In this document: positions 47,545-57,711 of the stretch, piece after piece
How the letters are laid out: every line of letters starts with the position of its first letter
How positions within the stretch are numbered: position 1 is the first letter of the stretch
Assembly (NCBI GenBank): GCA_049968755.1
Contig: JBMFQE010000001.1
Coordinates: forward strand, 75,883 to 139,882
Reading direction: 5' to 3'
DNA from: Bacteroidales bacterium
GTDB taxonomy: Bacteria > Bacteroidota > Bacteroidia > Bacteroidales > DTGW01
DNA: 64,000 bases
Made by a program: the position numbers and the translations under genes
The notes under the pieces: generated by a model
Database searches by the model: none
What the model saw: only the letters and a program-made list of their open reading frames with translations
What the model was told of the DNA's origin: nothing

Positions 47545-49089
47545 TTAAAATGGGGGTATACCATGTTTCTTTCGGGGCAGACCGGCATCCTTATTGACCG
47601 AAACCTCAATAGCATGTGCAATATACTTTCGAGTTTCGAAAGGAGCAATAACCGAATCGATATAGCCTTTTGAGGCTGCTACAAAAGGATTGGCAAACTT
47701 TTCGGTATATTCTTTTACTTTTTCCTTGCGCATAGCTTCGGGATCGGGGGCTTCAGCAATTTCTTTCTTGAAGATGATGTTGGCAGCGCCTTCAGGCCCC
47801 ATAACGGCTATCTCGGCAGTTGGCCATGCAAATACAAAATCGGAACGCAGATGTCGCGAACCCATGGCAATGTATCCACCGCCATAAGCTTTACGCAGGA
47901 TGATGGTAATTTTAGGTACAGTAGCCTCGCTGTAACTATACAGTATTTTTGCTCCATGACGGATTACACCCATATGTTCCTGATCGATGCCTGGCAGATA
48001 ACCTGGCAGGTCAACCAGCGTGACGATAGGGATGTTGAAGGCATCGCAATAGCGAATAAAACGGGCAATCTTGTCGGAAGAGTCAACATCGAGTACACCG
48101 GCCAGTACCAATGGTTGGTTAGCCACAAAACCTACCGTTTCGCCATTGATACGTCCAAATCCAATAACAGCATTGGCTGCCCACAGTTCCTGTACTTCAA
48201 AAAAGTCGGAATCATCCACTAATGCTCTAATCACATCGCGTACGTCGTAGGGTTCCTTTGGATCGACAGGGACTATATTTTCTATATTGTATTCTGCCTT
48301 TGGTGGTTTGGGCATTGCACGTGGTGCTTTTTCCTCATTATTCCAGGGAATAAACGAGAGCAGCTTTTTGATCTGCTCAAAACATTCTTGTTCTGAGCGG
48401 GCAAAAAAGTGAGCATTACCCGTTATTTCGGCATGTACCCGTGCACCTCCAAGTTCTTCCTGACTAATTTCTTCGCCCAGCACACTTTTGATAACTTCGG
48501 GACCGGTAATAAACATCTTGGATATTTTATCGACCACAAAGACCCAGTCGGTGAGTGCTGGTGAATACACTGCCCCCCCTGCGCAGGGACCCAAAATAAC
48601 TGAAATCTGAGGAATAACCCCCGAGGCCAGTGTATTGCGGAAAAATATTTCGCCATAGCCAGCCAATGAGTTTACACCCTCCTGAATACGTGCGCCTCCT
48701 GAATCGTTGATACCAATAAGAGGCATGCGCATCTTCAGGGCATGGTCCATAATTTTTGTTATTTTTCCAGCATGCATACGACCCAGTGAACCACCAACTA
48801 CTGTAAAATCCTGGGCAAAAATGCTTATCGGACGACCGTTGATGGTACCTGTTCCCACAATAACGCCATCACCATGGAGTTCCTTCTTTTCCATCCCAAA
48901 ATCTCTGGCATCGTGCAGAACAAACAAATCGTATTCGTGAAATGAGTCGGGATCGAGTAGTGCATTGATCCGGTCACGGGCAGTAAGTTTACCCATAGAT
49001 AGCTGCTTTTCAATGGCCTTGTCGCCACCTCCTTTTGCAGCTATCTCTCTGCGGCGTTGTAGCTCAAGAATTTTGTCCTTTAAATCCAT
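47545..49089 (-). CDS. Acyl-CoA carboxyltransferase (propionyl-CoA carboxylase beta / methylmalonyl-CoA decarboxylase alpha family)
   Basis: 514 aa, with two crotonase-like CT halves and conserved DSGGARIQEG and GGAYV-type segments. Confidence 0.88.
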   Translation of the reverse strand: MDLKDKILELQRRREIAAKGGGDKAIEKQLSMGKLTARDRINALLDPDSFHEYDLFVLHDARDFGMEKKELHGDGVIVGTGTINGRPISIFAQDFTVVGGSLGRMHAGKITKIMDHALKMRMPLIGINDSGGARIQEGVNSLAGYGEIFFRNTLASGVIPQISVILGPCAGGAVYSPALTDWVFVVDKISKMFITGPEVIKSVLGEEISQEELGGARVHAEITGNAHFFARSEQECFEQIKKLLSFIPWNNEEKAPRAMPKPPKAEYNIENIVPVDPKEPYDVRDVIRALVDDSDFFEVQELWAANAVIGFGRINGETVGFVANQPLVLAGVLDVDSSDKIARFIRYCDAFNIPIVTLVDLPGYLPGIDQEHMGVIRHGAKILYSYSEATVPKITIILRKAYGGGYIAMGSRHLRSDFVFAWPTAEIAVMGPEGAANIIFKKEIAEAPDPEAMRKEKVKEYTEKFANPFVAASKGYIDSVIAPFETRKYIAHAIEVSVNKDAGLPRKKHGIPPF

Positions 49090-49152
49090 ATCAAAAAATT
49101 TAATTATAAAAAAAGTATTTGGATAGCCTCCAGGTGGAAGCTAATGTTTACA

Positions 49153-50289
49153 CTACTTTGGGGCTAAACGATAAAGGTAATAGGCAATACCTGCATACAC
49201 GATATTGGGTATCCATACGGCAAGGAGCGGATTAAGAGAACCACTGATTGCAAATTGTGACGAAAACTGCATGAAAACAATATACGAAAAACAGAATGCC
49301 ATGCCAATACCAATATGCAGTCCTGTTCCTCCTCGCGACTTTCGCGACGAGACGCTTACGCCAATGACGGTCAAAATATAGGTAGAAAAGGGTTGCGCAA
49401 CACGCTTGTATTTTTCGATAAAATAGGCTTCGAGATTTTCCCCGCCCTGAAGCTGTTGTTCGCGAATAAAATTATCGAGTTCGTACTTATTCATCGATTC
49501 TACTACATTAACTCTACGTCGGAAATCGGCCGGTGTGATATTCAGGCTGGTATCGATACTTGCCCCTTTTACGATGGTTTCTTTCAGACCATCAATGTTC
49601 CGTATGTAATAATTGTGTACCGACCATTTGTTTTTAACCGAATCCCATACCATGTAATCGGCCATCAATTTTGAAACCAACTTGCCATCAACGAATTTCT
49701 CAATAGAAAATTTATAGGCCGTGTTGGTAAGGTTGCTGTATGTTTCCATGTAAATTACTACTCCCGGAAATACCTGTTTATGAATATTCCGATAATTGTA
49801 ACTTACAGGTTTGTTATGCACATAATGCTCCTCAAAGTCGAGCCTTACTTTATTGGCGTTGGGTACAATATAATTGAGAAAGGCATAGCTAAACAGGGCT
49901 ATCAATGTGGCACCAATGATGTAGGGCCAGAGCATGCGACGATAGCTAATTCCACTGCTGAGAATAGCTATAATTTCGGTGCGGTATGCCAGTTTGGAAG
50001 TAAAAAAAACAACTGCAATAAAGGTAAAAAGGTTGCTATAAAGAATAGCAAAATAGGGGATAAAATTCAGATAATAGTCGAAAACAATAGCCTTCAGGGG
50101 TGCCTGCGATTCCACAAAATCGTCGATTTTTTCGGCCACATCAAATACAACGGCTATGGCAATGATGAGTAGGATGGAATATACAAATGTGCCTATGAAT
50201 TTGCGAATAATATACCAGTCGATAATGCGCAGATGTAGTTTTTTCAGCCACCTATGAAGTAAATCATTATTTATTGTCGACTTCGACAT
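49153..50289 (-). CDS. LptF/LptG-family (YjgP/YjgQ) LPS export permease
   Basis: Six TM topology with a periplasmic beta-jellyroll insert. The family resemblance is from memory. Confidence 0.75.
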   Translation of the reverse strand: MSKSTINNDLLHRWLKKLHLRIIDWYIIRKFIGTFVYSILLIIAIAVVFDVAEKIDDFVESQAPLKAIVFDYYLNFIPYFAILYSNLFTFIAVVFFTSKLAYRTEIIAILSSGISYRRMLWPYIIGATLIALFSYAFLNYIVPNANKVRLDFEEHYVHNKPVSYNYRNIHKQVFPGVVIYMETYSNLTNTAYKFSIEKFVDGKLVSKLMADYMVWDSVKNKWSVHNYYIRNIDGLKETIVKGASIDTSLNITPADFRRRVNVVESMNKYELDNFIREQQLQGGENLEAYFIEKYKRVAQPFSTYILTVIGVSVSSRKSRGGTGLHIGIGMAFCFSYIVFMQFSSQFAISGSLNPLLAVWIPNIVYAGIAYYLYRLAPK

Positions 50290-50301
50290 GCGGTTGGATT
50301 T

Positions 50302-51633
50302 TTAACGTCGAAAATTTTTCATAGCACCCAACATTTTCATTGGATTATTTCCTGAAAACATTTTCATAACTTTTTTGGCATCTTCAAACTGTTTGATAAG
50401 CCGGTTAACCTCCTGGATGGAGGTACCACTACCCATGGCTATTCGTTTGCGCCGGCTGCCATTGAGGATTTCGGGTCGTTCGCGTTCTTCGGGGGTCATA
50501 CTGCGAATGATGGCCTCAATCGATTTAAATGCATTGTCGTCGACGTCGATATCCTTCATCACCTTACCCATGCCGGGAATCATTGAAGCAAGCTCTTTGA
50601 TATTCCCCATTTTTTTAATTTGCTGTATCTGGTCGAAGAAATCGTTGAAATTGAACTGGTTTTTGGCAATCTTCTTTTGTAGCTTTCGGGCTTCTTCAGC
50701 ATCAAATTGTTCCTGAGCACGTTCGACCAGTGTGACAATATCGCCCATGCCCAAAATTCGGTCGGCCATACGGTCGGGGTAGAAAATGTCGATGGCATCG
50801 AGTCGTTCGCCGGTACTTACAAATTTAATTGGCTTATTAACCTCAGCCTTGATCGACAATGCAGCGCCTCCCCTGGTATCTCCATCGAGCTTGGTAAGAA
50901 CTATTCCGTCGAAATTGAGCCGCTCGTTAAAGGCTTTTGCCGTATTTACGGCATCCTGACCGGTCATGGAGTCGACTACAAACAGGATTTCGTGTGGTGA
51001 AATGGCATTTTTAAGGGCTGCAATTTCAGTCATCATTTGCTCATCAATAGCCAGACGTCCTGCCGTGTCGATAATAACTACATTATGACCCCGTGCTTTG
51101 GCTTCCTGTACAGCCTGCCTGGCTATCTTTACCGGGTCTTTTTGTGTGTCGTCGGCATATACAGGTACCGAAATCTGATTTCCTAGCACCTTCAACTGCT
51201 CGATAGCAGCCGGACGATAAACGTCGCATGCAACCAGCAGAGGGTTTCTACCTTTTTTAGTTTTGAGATAGTTGGCCAGCTTGCCCGAGAAGGTAGTTTT
51301 CCCCGAACCCTGCAGACCGGCCATGAGAATCACCGTGGGATTACCCTTGAGGTTGAGTTCCTGGGACTGTCCCCCCATGAGCTCAATCAGCTCGTCGTGT
51401 ACAATCTTAATTAGCATCTGCCCAGGCTTGATGGAGGCCAGTACATTTTGCCCCAAGGCTTTTTGCTTAACAGTATCGGTGAACTGCTTGGCAATTTTAT
51501 AGTTAACGTCGGCATCGATAAGTGCTCTACGAACATCCTTCAGCGTTTCGGCAATATTAATTTCGGTAATTCGACCCTCACCCTTGATAAGCTTAAATGA
51601 CCGCTCGAGCCGCTCGGTAAGATTTTCAAACAT
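50302..51633 (-). CDS. ffh: Signal recognition particle protein Ffh
   Basis: [14 protein letters not shown] and TKLDGD GTPase motifs plus a Met-rich M domain. Confidence 0.95.
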   Translation of the reverse strand: MFENLTERLERSFKLIKGEGRITEINIAETLKDVRRALIDADVNYKIAKQFTDTVKQKALGQNVLASIKPGQMLIKIVHDELIELMGGQSQELNLKGNPTVILMAGLQGSGKTTFSGKLANYLKTKKGRNPLLVACDVYRPAAIEQLKVLGNQISVPVYADDTQKDPVKIARQAVQEAKARGHNVVIIDTAGRLAIDEQMMTEIAALKNAISPHEILFVVDSMTGQDAVNTAKAFNERLNFDGIVLTKLDGDTRGGAALSIKAEVNKPIKFVSTGERLDAIDIFYPDRMADRILGMGDIVTLVERAQEQFDAEEARKLQKKIAKNQFNFNDFFDQIQQIKKMGNIKELASMIPGMGKVMKDIDVDDNAFKSIEAIIRSMTPEERERPEILNGSRRKRIAMGSGTSIQEVNRLIKQFEDAKKVMKMFSGNNPMKMLGAMKNFRR

Positions 51634-51655
51634 AAATGTACTTTTTTTGAAACTG

Positions 51656-51663
51656 CAAAGTTA
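51656..51663 (-). promoter_or_regulatory. -7 promoter box TAACTTTG for ffh
   Basis: TAnnTTTG match 23 nt upstream of the ATG at 51633. Confidence 0.45.
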
Positions 51664-51955
51664 GCAAAATTGATTGTTAACCCAAGTTCCATGTACAAAA
51701 GAATTCTTTTAGGCAAATATAAATTTTATGCGCATGTGCCATAATGGAAGGCATTATAATGAAGTTTCCAATTTTCAGAGTCATTGGTTTGTTACGAATG
51801 TATTAACCTTCTGCGTCGCTGCATTCAATATTGGAAAGATACAAATTGTAAGCAATTCACAACGCTTCGAGATACCGAAAATACTAAAGCTTGTTGAGAG
51901 CTGAAATAGTGATACCAAGGTTTGCACCAGCAATAAATTTCAAAACTACATTCAC

Positions 51956-52279
51956 TTAATCATTGGGGGTGACTAAAATTAGTTTTCTCAGATGTATACC
52001 AGGGGAGACTGTATTTTTTGAGATAATAGTTATTTCTTGTGTACCATGGTCAAGTGGACCCGATAAGGGATAAACGGTTACCCAATTCGGATAGGATGAT
52101 ATCTGAAATTTTCCTGTGGATCCAGAAAAAGGATTGATATACAACTTTTTTATCTCTTCTCCATTAAAAATCAAGCTGTCTGAAGAAAGGGAATATTCTC
52201 TCCGAGGAAATTCTTTCTCGCATCCTAAAATCGACACAATGGCTATTGTTATGAAAATTAGTTTTGTGAATTTCAGTTT
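51956..52279 (-). pseudogene. Small lipoprotein (BACON-like fold?) whose signal peptide has no in-frame ATG; possible 1-nt frameshift at the start or a non-ATG start
   Basis: The frame is open from 52279 and encodes K-L-K-F-T-K-L-I-F-I-T-I-A-I-V-S-I-L-G-C (a perfect lipobox). The only ATGs (52286, 52283) are in the +1 frame across an A4 run (ATGATGAAAACTG), so ATG-AAA-CTG would need one A fewer. The listed GTG start (52237) would remove the signal peptide. Confidence 0.5.
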
Positions 52280-52380
52280 TCATCATAAAAATTAATTTTT
52301 AAAGGTATGATGGAACACCCATGTTTGCAATTTTGTCACTATTGTATTTGCGTTCGCAGGAACATGGGTGTTTTATGATA
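52278..52380 (-). repeat. Copy A of the ~104-nt intergenic repeat family (inverted orientation)
   Basis: The reverse complement reads ...CATAAAACACCCATGTTCCTGCGAACGCAAATACAATAGTGACAAAATTGCAAACATGGGTGTTCCATCATACCTTTAAAAATTAATTTTTATGATGAAA. Confidence 0.9.
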
Positions 52381-52547
52381 AAAGCTGCACTAAAATATAA
52401 AATTTTTCTATTCACCAATGAAGCAAGTTTTTAATTCAGCGTTGAGGTTGTTGGCCTACTCTTTCAGGTTAACATCCGACTTCATAGGGGTCGAATTTGG
52501 GAACCTGCCACGCAATGGTTGGATGCTTTATGCATGCCAAAAAGTGC

Positions 52548-52555
52548 TAACTTTG
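52548..52555 (+). promoter_or_regulatory. -7 promoter box TAACTTTG in front of the men operon
   Basis: TAnnTTTG match 66 nt upstream of the ATG at 52621. Confidence 0.35.
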
Positions 52556-52620
52556 CAAAAATTAAACACTGCCATCAAACCAATGGTAATCATTTTTGTT
52601 AATGCTTAAGAAAGCATGTC

Positions 52621-53049
52621 ATGTTGACGACTGTTGAAGATTTAAATAAGCTGTGTGAGGGGACCTTAATTTCGCATTTATCGATACGATTTACCGAAGT
52701 ATCGGAAGAAAGGATAGTGGCAACCATGCCGGTAGATAGCCGTACCATTCAGCCCATGGGGATCCTCCATGGGGGCGCTATTCTGGCATTAATAGAAACC
52801 GTTGGGAGTGCTGGATCCTACCTTTTCATCGATGAAAGAAACTTCATGGCCGTGGGCATTGAGGTAAATGCTAATCATGTTGCGAATACCCAAACCAAAA
52901 GTGTTTATGCAGTAGGAAAAATACTCCACAAAGGTCGTCGTACGCATGTTTGGAGCGTTGAGGTATACGATAGCGATCATAAGCCTTTGTCGTTTGGCCG
53001 TGTAACCAATATGATTATTGAAAGTAATGAATGGAAGCATGAAGCATAA
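52621..53049 (+). CDS. Hotdog-fold (PaaI-type) thioesterase, probable 1,4-dihydroxy-2-naphthoyl-CoA hydrolase
   Basis: GILHGGAILALIETVGS motif, ~140 aa, first gene of the men cluster. Confidence 0.75.
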   Translation: MLTTVEDLNKLCEGTLISHLSIRFTEVSEERIVATMPVDSRTIQPMGILHGGAILALIETVGSAGSYLFIDERNFMAVGIEVNANHVANTQTKSVYAVGKILHKGRRTHVWSVEVYDSDHKPLSFGRVTNMIIESNEWKHEA

Positions 53050-54178
53050 TAAAAGCGCATGTATAGATGCAGCCAGCTGGGTATTGCACGAGCTTATGAA
53101 AAAAAACATTCCCATGGCTTGCTACCGGCTGCCGGGCGAGGACAGCTTTCAGGTAGTTTTGCAAACCAGTGGAGAACCCGTATTTATTCGATCCCATGCT
53201 GAACTAAATTATGAACAAGGCTTTGTAATTACTCCTTTCGTGCAAGAAGATGAGTTCAGAGCTTTTTTAATCCGTCCAGATATTTTTTTCATCTACCCAT
53301 CCTGTGAGCCTATTGCCGAGTTATCTGACATAATAAAAATTCCAACTGTTGATGAAATATGCTCTGATAACGACAGGACTCATGAAACTACTCGTGAGGA
53401 ATTTATAGATCAAATTAAAGTATCTCAGTCGTACCTACGAGAAGGGCAGCTACAAAAAATAGTTTTGTCGCGGATAGCTATTGAACCTCGGGAACCTACC
53501 CTTGCTTTAGAAGATATTTTTATGTCATTGTGTCATCTGTATCCCGAGGCTTTTGTTTATTTTTTCAGGCTACCTGATAGGGGATGCTGGATGGGTGCTA
53601 CGCCCGAGCCGTTTCTTGTGGTTTCAAATCAGAAAGGACTAATCGAATCGGTGGCTGGTACTCAATGGCTCAATGGACAGCAACCCGAAGAAATTGTTTG
53701 GGGAAGAAAAGAGCTGGAAGAGCAGGAAATCGTCACGCGTTTTATTGAAAATAGGCTTCACCTTTTGGGGATACAGGCTTATCAGAAAGAAGGACCAGCA
53801 ACAACCCGGGCTGGACGTCTGGCACATTTGCGCACTCGATTTACTTTCTCCGAAAAGCTGATAGAAAATCGTATAGGTGAGTTTATTCACACCTTTCATC
53901 CAACCCCATCGGTAGGAGGGTATCCTCAGCAAGAAGCCTGCCGGTTTATTGCTTCCCTTGAAAAACACAAGCGAGAATTTTACACGGGCCTTGTGGGTCC
54001 CCTGCGAATGAATGAAAAAACAGCACTTTTTGCTAATATTCGATGCATGAAGATAGTGCAAAATGCCTATTGGCTTTATCTGGGCGCAGGCATTACACAG
54101 GCCTCAGTTCCTGAGCTGGAATGGGAAGAAACAAATTTTAAAAAAACCACTATACTTGCTGCCGTAAAGCGCAACTAA
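53018..54178 (+). CDS. menF: Isochorismate synthase
   Basis: Chorismate-binding motifs (FHPTPSVGGYP, REFYTGLVG, GAGIT). An alternative ATG is at 53039. Confidence 0.88.
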   Translation: MKVMNGSMKHNKSACIDAASWVLHELMKKNIPMACYRLPGEDSFQVVLQTSGEPVFIRSHAELNYEQGFVITPFVQEDEFRAFLIRPDIFFIYPSCEPIAELSDIIKIPTVDEICSDNDRTHETTREEFIDQIKVSQSYLREGQLQKIVLSRIAIEPREPTLALEDIFMSLCHLYPEAFVYFFRLPDRGCWMGATPEPFLVVSNQKGLIESVAGTQWLNGQQPEEIVWGRKELEEQEIVTRFIENRLHLLGIQAYQKEGPATTRAGRLAHLRTRFTFSEKLIENRIGEFIHTFHPTPSVGGYPQQEACRFIASLEKHKREFYTGLVGPLRMNEKTALFANIRCMKIVQNAYWLYLGAGITQASVPELEWEETNFKKTTILAAVKRN

Positions 54179-54182
54179 AATA

Positions 54183-55871
54183 ATGAATATCGACAACAGT
54201 AACAGGCAGGGAATAAGCCATATACCCTATATATGCAAAGCGTTGGGTATAAAGCATGTGGTTCTTTGCCCGGGTTCAAGGAATGCTCCGCTTATCATGG
54301 CATTTGGCCGAGAGGAGGGTTTCGACTTGTATAGTATAACCGACGAACGTTCGGCAGGTTATTTTGCATTAGGTTTAGGCCAGGTGAGTCAGCAACCCGT
54401 TGCAGTGGTTTGCACCTCTGGTACAGCGGTACTCAATCTGGCACCAGCTGTTGCCGAAGCATATTACCAGTGCATTCCGCTCGTAGTATTGACAGCCGAC
54501 CGCCCCATTGAGCTTATCGATCAGGGCGATGGCCAAACCATCCACCAGCGAAATATTTTTGGTCCCCACGTTAAATTTAGCACCGAACTCCCAACGGATA
54601 CCTCGCTGGAAGCCGACCTGTGGCTCAGCGACCGTCTGGTATCACAGGCCATTGTTACGGCTGCCGAGCATCCTAAGGGACCCGTACACATTAACATCCC
54701 CCTGCGTGAACCTCTTTACACTCCGTTGCCGCAATTAGCCAATCCTAAGATTATCATCACAGCCCAACGAACATATTCGCTGGCAAATATCGACCACGAA
54801 TTAATAAGCCACACCTGGAATAAAGCTGAAAAAAAAATGATTGTGGTAGGAGGAATGGCTACGAAAAATATCCGTTTAAACGAATTGTTGGAAAAACTAT
54901 CCCAACGTTCAGATACCCTGGTGATTGCCGAAAACCTATCCAATGTTTCTCATCCCAATTTTATCTACGACCCCGAAAAATTTCTTGCAGCACTTCCTGC
55001 TTCGGCAAAGGCTCAACTACAACCTCATTTGCTAATTACTATGGGCAACAGCGTGGTGTCGAAACGGTTGAAACTTTTTTTACGCCAGTATCGTCCGCAA
55101 GAACACTGGTTGGTTAGTATGGACCATAGCTTTGTCGATACCTTCATGAGCATGACCCGTAATATTCCCATCCCTGCAGAATTGTTTGCTGAACTGCTTA
55201 CTACTCAAAACAAAGTACATAACATCGGCTATTCGTCCTATTTTCTTGAGCTTCATCAAAAAATTCAGGAACGAATGAAGGGGTTACTTTCGAGTCTTCC
55301 TTTTTCCGATCTAACGGTAGTAGACTTCGTGCTGAACCAACTGAAAGCAGGCACACATTTGCACCTTGCCAATAGCATGCCCGTAAGGTATGCGCAGCTA
55401 TTTGCTACACGTGCCGACATCAGCTATTTTTCGAATCGTGGCACCTCGGGTATCGATGGCTGTACCTCAACCTGTGTAGGAATGGCCGCTGTAATTGACA
55501 ACCCTGCTGTACTTATAACTGGCGACCTTGCATTCCTGTATGATTCCAATGCATTATGGAATAACTACCTTAAATCTAACCTCAAAATTATTGTACTAAA
55601 CAATGGCGGGGGAAATATTTTTCAGATGATCGATACCTCACCCGCAATAGAACCCGTGCTATCTTATTTTACTACGCCCCAGTCAGTGAAAATTAAGTCT
55701 CTTACTGAGGCCTATGGGTTACAATATTTTTATGCCGACAGCCTTAATCAGTTGTCGGATATATTCGATTCGTTTATCAACTTTGCAGCCCCTGCGGTGC
55801 TGGAGGTGAAAACCGACCCCAATATCAATGTGCTGGCATACAAACAATTAATTAAAAATATACAGTTATGA
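54183..55871 (+). CDS. menD: SEPHCHC synthase (ThDP-dependent)
   Basis: MenD-length ThDP enzyme with [15 protein letters not shown] and [12 protein letters not shown]...NNGGGNIF motifs. Confidence 0.92.
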   Translation: MNIDNSNRQGISHIPYICKALGIKHVVLCPGSRNAPLIMAFGREEGFDLYSITDERSAGYFALGLGQVSQQPVAVVCTSGTAVLNLAPAVAEAYYQCIPLVVLTADRPIELIDQGDGQTIHQRNIFGPHVKFSTELPTDTSLEADLWLSDRLVSQAIVTAAEHPKGPVHINIPLREPLYTPLPQLANPKIIITAQRTYSLANIDHELISHTWNKAEKKMIVVGGMATKNIRLNELLEKLSQRSDTLVIAENLSNVSHPNFIYDPEKFLAALPASAKAQLQPHLLITMGNSVVSKRLKLFLRQYRPQEHWLVSMDHSFVDTFMSMTRNIPIPAELFAELLTTQNKVHNIGYSSYFLELHQKIQERMKGLLSSLPFSDLTVVDFVLNQLKAGTHLHLANSMPVRYAQLFATRADISYFSNRGTSGIDGCTSTCVGMAAVIDNPAVLITGDLAFLYDSNALWNNYLKSNLKIIVLNNGGGNIFQMIDTSPAIEPVLSYFTTPQSVKIKSLTEAYGLQYFYADSLNQLSDIFDSFINFAAPAVLEVKTDPNINVLAYKQLIKNIQL

Positions 55872-56689
55872 GTACCCGTAATTGGACACCCATTAAAACG
55901 TATGAGGAGATAAAATTTGAGTTTTTTGAGGGGATAGCCAAGATCACCATCAACCGGCCGCGGTATCGCAATGCATTTACCCCTCAGACCGTTGCTGAGA
56001 TGTGCGATGCCATGCACATATGCCGTGAGAATTCTGATATTTTTGTTGTAGTATTGACTGGCGAGGGCGACAAGGCATTTTGTGCAGGTGGCGACCAGAA
56101 TTATAAGGGCCGTGCAGGATACGTCGATAAAAATGGGGTTCCACGGCTCAATGTACTTGACCTGCAGAAAATGATCCGTTATTTGCCCAAGCCGGTCATT
56201 GCCATGGTGAATGGTTATGCCATCGGAGGTGGCCATGTATTGCATGTAGTGTGCGATTTGACCATTGCCTCAGAAAATGCCCGCTTTGGACAAACAGGCC
56301 CCAAAGTGGGAAGCTTCGATGCAGGTTTTGGCTCTTCGTATCTGGCCCGCATTGTGGGACAAAAACGCGCCCGCGAATTCTGGTTTCTCTGCGAACAATA
56401 TACTGCTCAAGAAGCCTACCAGATGGGACTGGTCAACAAGGTAGTACCCCTCGAACAGCTGGAAGATGTAACGGTGGAATGGTGCAAAAAAATTATGAAG
56501 AAAAGTCCCTTAGCACTTCGCATGATTAAAGCTGGCTTGAATGCCGAGCTCGATGGTCAGGCAGGTATTCAGGAGCTGGCTGGCAATGCTACCATGCTCT
56601 ACTATATGACCGATGAAGCCCAGGAGGGTAAGAATGCCTTTCTCGAAAAAAGAGACCCTGATTTTACCAAATTTCCAAGGTTACCCTAA
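55868..56689 (+). CDS. menB: 1,4-dihydroxy-2-naphthoyl-CoA synthase
   Basis: Crotonase fold ([20 protein letters not shown]). The start overlaps the menD stop (ATGA). Confidence 0.95.
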   Translation: MSTRNWTPIKTYEEIKFEFFEGIAKITINRPRYRNAFTPQTVAEMCDAMHICRENSDIFVVVLTGEGDKAFCAGGDQNYKGRAGYVDKNGVPRLNVLDLQKMIRYLPKPVIAMVNGYAIGGGHVLHVVCDLTIASENARFGQTGPKVGSFDAGFGSSYLARIVGQKRAREFWFLCEQYTAQEAYQMGLVNKVVPLEQLEDVTVEWCKKIMKKSPLALRMIKAGLNAELDGQAGIQELAGNATMLYYMTDEAQEGKNAFLEKRDPDFTKFPRLP

Positions 56690-56701
56690 ATCGTTTCTAT
56701 T

Positions 56702-57607
56702 ATGCAGCCTAATAAGTTAAAAAGCTGGCTCATTGCAGCGCGACTTAGGACGCTCCCACTGGCCTTTGCAGGTCCATTTGCTGGAAGCTGTATGGCCTAC
56801 GCAGGTCAGGGCTTTCGCTGGACAGTGGCCATTGGCTCTATCGTTACTACTCTTTTGCTCCAGGTACTCTCGAACTTTGCCAACGATTATGGTGACTTTG
56901 TTAAGGGGACCGATCGCAACCGAAAGGGGCCTCCTCGGGCATTGCAAAGCAACCTGATTACGGTTTCAGAAATGAAATTTGCCATTTATGTAGTGAGTAT
57001 GTTGGCGCTTGTTTCTGGTGGTATACTCGTATTCTTTTGGGCGGCTCATCTGCCGCTATGGTTGCGGACCCTTTTCTTTCTTTTAGGACTATCGGCCATT
57101 TACGCTGCTGTGAAATATACTGTTGGCGAAAAACCCTATGGCTACCACGGATGGGGCGATGCTGTGGTATTCCTGTTTTTTGGACTGGTTAGTACAATGG
57201 GAACATTCGTTCTTCATACAGGCATTTTCCATCCAATTATTATGTTCCCTGCTATTAGCATGGGTTTGCTAAGCACAGCCGTACTGAATATCAACAACAT
57301 CAGAGACTATAACGAGGATATGCAGCACAATAAAAAAACCATAGCAGTATTTCTCGGCTTGCATAAAGCCAAAATCTATCACCTCGTTCTTATTGCAATT
57401 GCCTGGGTATTGCTTTTGTTTCCTGTCATCCTCAATTATCACAGTCCCTGGCAACTTTTATTTGTTGTCATACTGCCATTTTTTGCCAGAAGCGTTTTAC
57501 AGGTATTCCGGCATTCCGATGCCAGCGAGCTCAATTACGAGCTCAGGCGGCTGGCTCTTTCAACCTTTCTGCTCGCGCTGCTCTGGGGTGTTGGCCAAAT
57601 AATCTGA
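56702..57607 (+). CDS. menA: 1,4-dihydroxy-2-naphthoate polyprenyltransferase
   Basis: UbiA-family Asp-rich motif NFANDYGDFVKGTD and ~8 TM segments. Confidence 0.92.
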   Translation: MQPNKLKSWLIAARLRTLPLAFAGPFAGSCMAYAGQGFRWTVAIGSIVTTLLLQVLSNFANDYGDFVKGTDRNRKGPPRALQSNLITVSEMKFAIYVVSMLALVSGGILVFFWAAHLPLWLRTLFFLLGLSAIYAAVKYTVGEKPYGYHGWGDAVVFLFFGLVSTMGTFVLHTGIFHPIIMFPAISMGLLSTAVLNINNIRDYNEDMQHNKKTIAVFLGLHKAKIYHLVLIAIAWVLLLFPVILNYHSPWQLLFVVILPFFARSVLQVFRHSDASELNYELRRLALSTFLLALLWGVGQII

Positions 57608-57711
57608 CTATGAAACACCCATGTTCCTGCAAACGCAAACACAATAGTGATAAAATTGCGAACATGGCAGTTACATCATACCTTTAAAAAATTAATTTTA
57701 TTATGATGAAA
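57608..57711 (+). repeat. Copy B of the ~104-nt intergenic repeat family
   Basis: Starts on the nucleotide after the menA TGA. Its terminal ATGATGAAA is the menC start codon. The right hairpin arm is degenerate (GAACATGGCAGTTACA). Confidence 0.9.

Noticed and set aside
52418-52609. 63-aa ORF upstream of the men operon.
   Set aside because: It contains the men promoter box (52548-52555), has no protein-like features, and sits between repeat copy A and the first men gene. It is most likely non-coding leader/promoter DNA.
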